NCBI GenBank assembly: GCA_000146465.1
Contig: CP001948.1
DNA: 64,000 nucleotides
Strand: one strand, 5' to 3'
The notes beneath the pieces were generated by a model that saw nothing but the letters and a program-made list of their open reading frames with translations, had not been told where the DNA came from and did no database searches. Within the stretch, counting starts at the first letter, position 1; each line of letters begins with the position of its first letter. Positions 33,236-40,839 of the stretch are shown here, piece by piece. The position numbers were made by a program, and so were the translations under genes.

Positions 33236-33952
33236 TTGGGCCTAGACCCTGAAATGAACTTGTTGTGGGCGGGATATGTTTTTGGGAAAATGATTACACA
33301 CGAGGTCGAGAGGGTCTTGGAAAGGCCAAGCGAAATGGAGCCATTAAAGACCATCTCCAATGGAATGTCGAGTTTACACCTTTACTTGCAAGAGACCGAG
33401 GGAGACGTGTATGAACCGGCTTTTTCCCAGCTTGTGCAAAGGCTCAAGAACATCCCGGATTTTGTTATGGAGCAGGGAGACAAGATCTATCGCATTGTTC
33501 CTTTTGAATCGATTGAGATAGATTCTCCTGGAGGAAAGAAAAATCATGGGAAGTTCCATGAGATAGCAAGCATGGGAAACGAGGTGGTCATGACATACAC
33601 AAGCAGTGGACGTGATGGCGAAGAGGGCATGTATACAACCATAACAGTTATCTTTACATCCTCTGATGGAGAAGAGAAAATAGAGAAGATTTACAGTGGA
33701 TGGTCGGAGTCCTGTCTTCTAAGGGTTTCGACACCAAAGCTCAAGGTTAAGCACAGGAAAAGAATTCTGTCCATGTATCTTGAGGATTTGGAGAGTAAGG
33801 ATCCAAAGGAGGAGGCCATTGGACACTGGATTGAGGGGGTTAATTCCGAAGGAAAAGGATTTAACAACGACGCCATTCTTAAAGAGGAGATGATGATATT
33901 CGAAGAGGCAGGAAGAAAGGACAGTGGGGACTCTGTTAAAAAAGCAGACTAG
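33236..33952 (+). CDS. Hypothetical protein (238 aa).
   Basis: ORF. No motif recognised. Confidence 0.45.
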   Translation: MGLDPEMNLLWAGYVFGKMITHEVERVLERPSEMEPLKTISNGMSSLHLYLQETEGDVYEPAFSQLVQRLKNIPDFVMEQGDKIYRIVPFESIEIDSPGGKKNHGKFHEIASMGNEVVMTYTSSGRDGEEGMYTTITVIFTSSDGEEKIEKIYSGWSESCLLRVSTPKLKVKHRKRILSMYLEDLESKDPKEEAIGHWIEGVNSEGKGFNNDAILKEEMMIFEEAGRKDSGDSVKKAD

Positions 33953-34026
33953 ATGATGAAAGAGATTAAAGGTTTTGTGGATTTTATCTATGTCGGCGAG
34001 TAACGCGAGCCCTTTCCTAATCAGCA

Positions 34027-34097
34027 AGGGCCCTTAGTATAATGGTAGAACACTTGGCTTCGGACCAAATAGTCCGGGTTCGAATCCCGGAGGGCTC
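34027..34097 (+). tRNA. tRNA-Arg (anticodon TCG).
   Basis: Cloverleaf: acceptor GGGCCCT/AGGGCTC with one G-U pair. T-arm CCGGG-TTCGAAT-CCCGG. Anticodon loop CTTCGGA. The anticodon stem has one C-A mismatch. Followed by GTTTT. Confidence 0.7.
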
Positions 34098-34137
34098 GGT
34101 TTTATGCCATCCTTTTCAATCAGATGAAAACAATCCT

Positions 34138-34872
34138 TTATTTCTTTCTAATCTTGTTTTTTTCCCTCAGATAAAAAGCCATTTTCTCTCCAAAGCTTCT
34201 GTTTTCCCTCACCTTTAAAGCCTCCGCATCCCTGTTGTATCCCTGCTTCATCTCGAGGACTCTCTTGCTCGGCTCGGGGACTATAGTATCGAAGAGACCC
34301 AGGAAGTCATCAATAAATTCGGGGTTCTCAAGAAGAGATAGGCCTGCCTTCAGGAAAACCTGGCTTTCAAAGGAAGGAGAGTCTTCGATGTCTTGAGGAG
34401 CATAACTTACAAAGAAGATAGAGACATCGTATTTCTTTATGAACTCAAGATGCTTTTCCCCCAGGGCGCCAAATGTCCTATATCCAGGTATATTTCCAAG
34501 CAAGCATTTTTTGGTGTATTTCAGACCATAGTGTTTTGGAGGCAATGTCTTTCTAAACACATACATGCACGGGGTCCTAACTTTCAGCTGTCCCGTTAGG
34601 ATTAGACTCTCTTTTGGAACAGAGCCGAGAATGTAGCTCAAGCAGAAGTCTCTTTTGAGAGTGATTATTCCGCAAAGATAATCCAGACTGGGATGTCCTA
34701 CTAACTTCAATATGGACTGGTGGATGGACGGGAATTCTTCAGCACTTCTTTCAAAGTGTTTCTTAAACGGCTCAAGAAGCAAAGTCTTTTTGTCCAAAAG
34801 CCTCCTCTTTCGATTCACAAGGAAAAAGCAAAATGCAAGAGCCAAAGCCACAATAACTACGTCGTGCAGCAT
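34138..34872 (-). CDS. Hypothetical type II membrane protein (244 aa, N-terminal signal anchor).
   Basis: N-terminal hydrophobic VVIVALALAFCFFLV followed by basic residues. No confident family. Confidence 0.45.
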   Translation of the reverse strand: MLHDVVIVALALAFCFFLVNRKRRLLDKKTLLLEPFKKHFERSAEEFPSIHQSILKLVGHPSLDYLCGIITLKRDFCLSYILGSVPKESLILTGQLKVRTPCMYVFRKTLPPKHYGLKYTKKCLLGNIPGYRTFGALGEKHLEFIKKYDVSIFFVSYAPQDIEDSPSFESQVFLKAGLSLLENPEFIDDFLGLFDTIVPEPSKRVLEMKQGYNRDAEALKVRENRSFGEKMAFYLREKNKIRKK

Positions 34873-34948
34873 CGGGGCAACAATATATTACCCTAAAAAC
34901 CAACATCGGTTTGCAGAAGCAGATGGGTTCCTTTGGGGCCTATCTTGA

Positions 34949-35021
34949 ACCCTGTTAGCTCAATAGGTAGAGTGTTGGACTTTTAATCCAACGGTTACGG
35001 GTTCGAGTCCCGTGCAGGGTG
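34949..35021 (+). tRNA. tRNA-Lys (anticodon TTT).
   Basis: Acceptor ACCCTGT/GCAGGGT. D-arm GCTC-AATAGGTA-GAGT. Anticodon stem TTGGA/TCCAA with loop CTTTTAA. T-arm ACGGG-TTCGAGT-CCCGT. Followed by TTCTTTT. Confidence 0.85.
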
Positions 35022-35071
35022 TTCTTTTGCTCTTCAAAACATTTTTCGAAATAGAAAACATCTTTAATCTC

Positions 35072-35767
35072 CTACCGCAACAGGTATTTACAGTACTCGG
35101 CCAGCTCGACCATTTCCCTGCACCTCACTCCAAAAGCATCTTCCAGCTCATTCAGTCTCTTGCTCAAGTAGGAAACCTTTCTTTTCTCCTCTTCGTACAT
35201 CCCCTTAGCCTCTTCAACTTGCCCAACCAAAAACTCTATTCTTTCATTGTTTGCCTTCCGGAGAGACTCCATTTTGTCTTCACTTGCAAACAAATCCCTC
35301 TTCAACGCTTGAATGTAACTTTTCAGCCTGTATTCATTAGACTTTAACCTTTCTATCTCCTCATTCATGATGGTACTCTCCAAAAGAATCTTCTCCTTTT
35401 CGTTTCTTTCCAACGCATACGTAAGAGTTGCGTCGTAGTTCCTCAGCATTCTATTGCATTCCTCTTCTTTTTTTTTAAGATCCTCTATCATTGTCCTGCT
35501 GGAGGCAAGTTCGGAACAGGTCTTCTCATAGTCAGACCTCTTCAGAACAATGGTTTCGTTGTCGGGATTGGTAGTCCTTCTGCAGCCCTCTGTCTTTTCA
35601 TTCATATCTATTGAACTTAGAGGAACTGTGGATTCTTCAGCAGGAGCATGGGTACTTGAGGAGATGCTCATGACCAGGGAGCTCAGATTTGCAATGGAGT
35701 CTGAAAGATACTTCACAAACTTCGATCCCATGTGATGGGCCTTGGCAACAGTCCCTATTAAATCCAA
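35072..35767 (-). CDS. Hypothetical coiled-coil protein (231 aa).
   Basis: ORF. Extended heptad-like charged C-terminal half. Confidence 0.45.
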   Translation of the reverse strand: MDLIGTVAKAHHMGSKFVKYLSDSIANLSSLVMSISSSTHAPAEESTVPLSSIDMNEKTEGCRRTTNPDNETIVLKRSDYEKTCSELASSRTMIEDLKKKEEECNRMLRNYDATLTYALERNEKEKILLESTIMNEEIERLKSNEYRLKSYIQALKRDLFASEDKMESLRKANNERIEFLVGQVEEAKGMYEEEKRKVSYLSKRLNELEDAFGVRCREMVELAEYCKYLLR

Positions 35768-35782
35768 ATGTCCAAAAGAAAA

Positions 35783-35902
35783 AGTTACAGCACCCGGGAT
35801 TCCCGAGTGGTCTCCCGCCTCAGTACTATCCGGGCTCGCACAGGCTTAACTGCGGAGATCTGACGAGTTCCGGTGCTTTTCCGTGGATATGGCCGTAACT
35901 GT
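35783..35902 (-). rRNA. 5S ribosomal RNA (about 120 nt), a Pol III gene with a downstream oligo-T run.
   Basis: Reverse complement reads ...AGTTACGGCCATATCCACGGAAAAGCACCGGAACTCGTCAGATCTCCGCAGTTAAGCCTGTGCGAGCCCGGATAGTACTGAGGCGGGAGACCACTCGGGAATCCCGGGTGCTGTAACTTTTT. It matches the eukaryotic 5S consensus block by block: GCGGCCATA, GAAAGCACCG, CCGATCTC, AGTTAAGC, TAGTACT, GGGAGACC, GGGAATNCCNGGTGCTG. The terminal helix AGTTAC/GTAACT is present. End coordinates are plus or minus 3 nt. Confidence 0.85.
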
Positions 35903-36034
35903 CCCAAATCCTAATCAGAGTTAAATACTCTACTCCACAATCCTCATAGACACTCCACCGGCCAACACTACAAAATCCATCTCTATTCTTAGCAAATTTA
36001 ATATAGTAGAATAGAATAAGCCCACTTGCCCATT

Positions 36035-39000
36035 CTATATCTTTTCCTCGGAATCCACAGCTTTACTTTTCCCTATCTTTTTTCCCCCAAGCATCCCACC
36101 TATCAGAGGCTGCACAACAAATATCACAACAGTAGTCAATAATACAGAGATCAAAACTAATCCTACTTCAAACCCATTTGTCTCTACAAACTTGTATTTA
36201 CTCAGCCACCAGGACGTCCATCTTGGAAATAGATACACCGTCATCAGGAGACCCATGGTCACTAGAAGGGAAAGACAGGTAAAGCTTTTGAATAGTAAGT
36301 TGTCTCTTAACTCTTGTCTATGTGGAGAACAGTCGCTCAGATACAACCCGTTGAGGATATAGATAAATGTCATGGCAAAAAACACTAGCTCGGATGCAAT
36401 GGACTGGTCGTTCATGACAGGGCTAGACTCCCCGTATCGGGACAAGACCAGAAGGGTTAAGCTTTCAAATGCTATGGTCAGCCAGAACGGGATGAAATCC
36501 TTCTTTGATAAAGGAAATATATCCGGGCGCCTTGGATACAGTTTATCGGATGTGTTAAAACATGTCAGCATGTATGCAACAGGGACCGAGACAAACAGCT
36601 CTGTGTGCATTGTCTGCAAATCACTCAGAAAGTTTCTCTTGAAGAGAAGAAAAAGAAGCCCTACATAACCGATCACACAGGAAGAGACAACATATTTGAA
36701 TGTGGCAGTCGACGTCACAAACGCCGAGCGTCCCTCCTTTATCAGGTCCAGGACAGATCCTATGTCGGAGGAAGTGAAATTCGCTGCCAGGCTGGCTTCG
36801 TTCTGTGCTAGAGCCAGGCCGACATTAGCACTGCTAAGAGCTCCGCTATCGTTTGCTCCATCTCCACAAAACATTGTGATCTTTCCAATGGCCCTCAGAT
36901 TCTCTATCAGGGCCTTCTTTTGTCCAGGGTTGAAGCGTGCAAATATAGCTCCTTTCTCAAGAATAAACTGAAAGTAGTGAGTGTTTCGGAAGAAGTCAAA
37001 CTCCCTTCCTTCGCATGCAACAACAAACTCGTTGTTGGATACCCTGTCGTTTCCCCTGTAAAGACTCAACCTCACCTTATCGAAAGTAAATTCCTCCTCA
37101 TCTCCAACACAAAGCCAGTCGACATCAAAAATGGATTTTGCATTCTCCTCAATAACAGGAAATATCACCGGAACAAATCCTTCAACAATCTTACACTCTT
37201 TGCCCACCGATATGGCTGTTAGTATGTTGTCCCCTGTGCACATGATACTTCTAATGCCTGCCTCATTAAGCTCCTCAATAGTTCTTCTGGAATTCTCCTT
37301 GAGCTTGTTTGAAAACACTATGAGAGCAAGAAACATCATCTCAGACTCATCTGTAGCTCTATCAATGCTTTTGCTTATTTCTTTGTATGCCAATGATATC
37401 ACCCTGTATCCAGCCAAGGAATACCCCTTAACTTTCTCTTCATATTCCTTTGGGCTGCTCTTCAGAATCTTCTGGATCGACTCTGGAGATCCTTTTGTAA
37501 ATACATACCTCTTACTTCCATCGTCTACCACTACACTCATTCTTCTAATGTTCGAATCAAACTCGTAAGTCTTCATAATCACCGCATTGATCTTGTCTCC
37601 TTTTACTTCTTCAGTACAATTGTTTAAGCCATATCTGTTGACCTCGTCAGTATCAAGGACTACCGAGGAAAAGTCCTTGTCTTCTTCATAAGTGTTTGTG
37701 TCTCCAACAGCAAACTTGCTCCCATAGATCCGATCTTTCTGATAATACACCATTTCTTCACTGTCGTTGTACTCCTTCAGAATGGGCCCGTAAATCTTAC
37801 TATCCCCTCCAATAACTACACTCCGTGTGTTCTCATTCTGAACAAGTTTTGATGAAGAAAAAATAAACATCTTCAAGTCAAGAGTATCTCCAGAATACCT
37901 TCCATCCAACTCATACACTAGATGGCATGTGCTTAGCCCAATTCTGGTCAGGATGCTAACTTTCTCAACATCATCTACGGCCTCCTCGAGATCGTCGATG
38001 CAAAGAAGATCAAGACCCTCGCACGTCAGCGTTCCTGTCTTGTCAAAAACTGCTGTGTCCACTCTTCCGGCAAGATGAATCTTACTCAGATTGTTGCAGT
38101 AGATGTTCTTCTTGATCAGCTTTCTGTAGCATAGCTGAGCCCCAAGCTTCAGGTACGTTGGAAGAGCAGGATTTGCTAGTGTGAAAAACAGATCAAGATT
38201 ATATACAAGATTCATGGTCTTGTTGAAGCCCATAATGTTGAGCATATAGGCTATACCAATAGAAATAATAATTGCAATCCCGGTTATGCTGAAGATTATC
38301 ATTTCTGCCTCTCTTATAAATCGGTTTCGAGTAGGTCTTGAGTCAAGCATATTCTTTAGAATTTGCCCCCGTGCTGTCTGGAAACCCGTTCTAAGTACCA
38401 TTCCAATAGCAAAATTCTCTGGGATGTTTATAGACCCAACCTCCCCAGAGAGCCGAGGTTTATTCTTACCCGTAAGACTTCTAACCCTACAAAGATTTTC
38501 ATTTCTCAAGCTGTTGAATATCGGCATTGTGTTGATACTCTTCAAAACATCTGTTCCCGAGTATACTGTGGAAAGCTGCTCGGCATTCTTGTATATTGGA
38601 ACCGCCTCTCCCGTAAGGAGACACTCATTCGTTATAGCATCCCCAAGAATCACAAGAGCATCACAAGGAAATTCCTTGCACGGCTCAATATACATTATAT
38701 TTCCAGGATATATTTCTCGGCTGTCTACTTCCATAAATTTCCCTCCTCGAAGTATTCGGACCATTCTCTTCTTCATAAGCTTTTTCATATTGATCGAATG
38801 TAGAATCTCTTCCCAGTTTGTAAACACAAACGAATAGACCATAAGCACCCCCATCACCAATGCATAGCTGGTGTATTCAATGAACTTCCATACAAATAGG
38901 CATGTCACATTTGACAGAAATGTAATACTGAGTATATTCTTCAGAATTATGTTTGAAACACTGGGGATAGGGAGGTTTGTGATGTTCTTCCCATAGAATA

Positions 39001-39460
39001 TGTTTCTTTGTACGCCCTCTATCCTTTCGGTCTCCAGAGACTTTGAAACCTCTGTCCTGTAGAACTCTTCAAAATCCCCTGAAGGATGCTTCTGCTCTGG
39101 AGGAACAACAAATTTCCCTAAAACAACGTCATATATAAACCGGAAAAACTGAGAGTCTATCACACGAGCCTTTCCCCCCAATGTATATCTCCTAAGCGAG
39201 GGAATTCCGGCCGTATCGTAAAAAAGAACATCAACAAATTCTTCTTTTCCATTCTGTGATGTTATTATGGCGCAATCTGCATCCAAAAGGCTGCAAGGAG
39301 AGCTAAGAAGAAAATGCTTGACCCGGGGTAGATACCTACACAACATGTAGAGCCCTCCCAAAGTCAGCATGCAAAGAATGTTGTAAAGACGCACAGACAT
39401 TCTTCTTCTTCTTCCCTCAATACTTATAAACGGCCTTTCCTGCTTAATTCCCACAAACAT
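36035..39460 (-). CDS. P-type cation-transporting ATPase, P5 subfamily (Spf1/ATP13A-like).
   Basis: Phosphorylation site AVFDKTGTLT. TGDN. Hinge GDGANDSGAL. The P5-type TM4 motif ANPALPTYL. 1141 aa. Confidence 0.85.
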   Translation of the reverse strand: MFVGIKQERPFISIEGRRRRMSVRLYNILCMLTLGGLYMLCRYLPRVKHFLLSSPCSLLDADCAIITSQNGKEEFVDVLFYDTAGIPSLRRYTLGGKARVIDSQFFRFIYDVVLGKFVVPPEQKHPSGDFEEFYRTEVSKSLETERIEGVQRNIFYGKNITNLPIPSVSNIILKNILSITFLSNVTCLFVWKFIEYTSYALVMGVLMVYSFVFTNWEEILHSINMKKLMKKRMVRILRGGKFMEVDSREIYPGNIMYIEPCKEFPCDALVILGDAITNECLLTGEAVPIYKNAEQLSTVYSGTDVLKSINTMPIFNSLRNENLCRVRSLTGKNKPRLSGEVGSINIPENFAIGMVLRTGFQTARGQILKNMLDSRPTRNRFIREAEMIIFSITGIAIIISIGIAYMLNIMGFNKTMNLVYNLDLFFTLANPALPTYLKLGAQLCYRKLIKKNIYCNNLSKIHLAGRVDTAVFDKTGTLTCEGLDLLCIDDLEEAVDDVEKVSILTRIGLSTCHLVYELDGRYSGDTLDLKMFIFSSSKLVQNENTRSVVIGGDSKIYGPILKEYNDSEEMVYYQKDRIYGSKFAVGDTNTYEEDKDFSSVVLDTDEVNRYGLNNCTEEVKGDKINAVIMKTYEFDSNIRRMSVVVDDGSKRYVFTKGSPESIQKILKSSPKEYEEKVKGYSLAGYRVISLAYKEISKSIDRATDESEMMFLALIVFSNKLKENSRRTIEELNEAGIRSIMCTGDNILTAISVGKECKIVEGFVPVIFPVIEENAKSIFDVDWLCVGDEEEFTFDKVRLSLYRGNDRVSNNEFVVACEGREFDFFRNTHYFQFILEKGAIFARFNPGQKKALIENLRAIGKITMFCGDGANDSGALSSANVGLALAQNEASLAANFTSSDIGSVLDLIKEGRSAFVTSTATFKYVVSSCVIGYVGLLFLLFKRNFLSDLQTMHTELFVSVPVAYMLTCFNTSDKLYPRRPDIFPLSKKDFIPFWLTIAFESLTLLVLSRYGESSPVMNDQSIASELVFFAMTFIYILNGLYLSDCSPHRQELRDNLLFKSFTCLSLLVTMGLLMTVYLFPRWTSWWLSKYKFVETNGFEVGLVLISVLLTTVVIFVVQPLIGGMLGGKKIGKSKAVDSEEKI

Positions 39461-39741
39461 TCAGGGGCTTGCCCACCAGGCCGATTTTAGAATGATTATC
39501 TCCGGAACATTAAGGAGATTTCCAAAATCGTTATGTTCAATACCATTTATTGTGGAAAATTAAAATAACTACGCCAGTCTCAATGCACTGCCTGCAAAGG
39601 AGACATTCAAAGCACCCCTCGGAGCAAAATCGTCATCTCCATAAATTAATGAAGCACTCGATTCTTTTTTGTATGAATAAAAGTATTAACTGTTAATTGG
39701 GTAATGAATAAATAAAATTCAATTAAAAAATCCAAAGTAGG

Positions 39742-40545
39742 ATGACTGATGTAGATAGAACAACTAACATTTTTGATTTCACTGATGCCGTGCATAACAT
39801 ACTTAAACAGAGAGAAAAGCTGTTTGGAACTAGCAAAGTCCTTTTATTTGTGCTTTTTTCCTGCTCTTCAATCATGATATTTCAAGGAGAAAGCTATAGA
39901 AACTTCTGCTTGTCAATAATAGTTGGGTTATGCATGATAGCTTCCGACTCAAGAGTGCATGAAAGACTTCTAGGAATGAGCTCCGAGTATGGAGGGGTGC
40001 GTGGAGCAATAGGTAGCTTTCTAGGGAAGATTTTTCTCAACAAACTATTATTTTGCATTCTATGTTTTTTGGTTGCATTAACGATCAACATGTCTATGAT
40101 TCCAATTACTTGGATGCTTGCAGCCTCTGTAGGAATCTCCTTGCTTAAGAAGATCTTCACAGAGGACTTAGAAATAACAAACATGAGCAATATTCTTTTC
40201 CATTTGGGATTTTTGGCATTACTTGTCTTTTCCCTCAACAATCTCAAGAAATCCAAAATAGTCATATATTCAGTTTTCTTTAGCTTCTTTGGATCGACGA
40301 TTCTATGGATTACTCTCGAGGCGATTCTGAATGAAAACCTTGGGTTCAGCCGTGCGTGTAATGTGTTTTTCCGTGGGGAGTTTATGGACTTCATCGGAAT
40401 ATCGCAGCTGTATCCTTTTTTACTCTTGATGGCCATTGGAGTTTTTACCCAAGTAAGAATCAATACTTTAGTCTTTGCATACGGAAAAAAGCGGTTTGCC
40501 TCGATTATTGTTAAGCGAAGTGAAAATAAAGTGATAGAAGTCTGA
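39742..40545 (+). CDS. Hypothetical polytopic membrane protein (about 5-6 TM).
   Basis: Multiple hydrophobic helices. No confident family. Confidence 0.5.
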   Translation: MTDVDRTTNIFDFTDAVHNILKQREKLFGTSKVLLFVLFSCSSIMIFQGESYRNFCLSIIVGLCMIASDSRVHERLLGMSSEYGGVRGAIGSFLGKIFLNKLLFCILCFLVALTINMSMIPITWMLAASVGISLLKKIFTEDLEITNMSNILFHLGFLALLVFSLNNLKKSKIVIYSVFFSFFGSTILWITLEAILNENLGFSRACNVFFRGEFMDFIGISQLYPFLLLMAIGVFTQVRINTLVFAYGKKRFASIIVKRSENKVIEV

Positions 40546-40644
40546 GTTTTATTGGGCTTATGGATGTTAGTATTCTTGGGTATTTCTAGAAGTAGGGAAG
40601 TATTTAGTTAAACAATGGTTGGGCACCTATGGGAGGGCTTATGA

Positions 40645-40716
40645 GGGGAGTTAGCTCAGCGGTAGAGCGCTTGCTTAGCATGCAAGAGGTCATGGGTTCA
40701 ATCCCCATACTCTCCA
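40645..40716 (+). tRNA. tRNA-Ala (anticodon AGC).
   Basis: GGGGAGTTAGCTCAGCGGTAGAGCGCTTGCTTAGCATGCAAGAGGTCATGGGTTCAATCCCCATACTCTCCA. G3:U70 Ala identity pair. Anticodon loop TTAGCAT. T-loop TTCAATC. Followed by TTTT. Confidence 0.9.
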
Positions 40717-40839
40717 TTTTGCATCGACTAACTTCCATTGGGACTAAGTATATTATGGCCAAAGTCAATCTGAAACCATCAAGATCCTCTTGAAACACAG
40801 CTGCATTTAGAAGATTGCAGAGTAAACAAAAAGCCAATA

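Noticed and set aside
40604-40837. 77-aa minus-strand ORF overlapping tRNA-Ala, and the 69-aa plus ORF (35689-35898) overlapping the 5S rRNA.
   Set aside because: They overlap structural RNA genes that are well supported. The ORFs are short and show no coding features.
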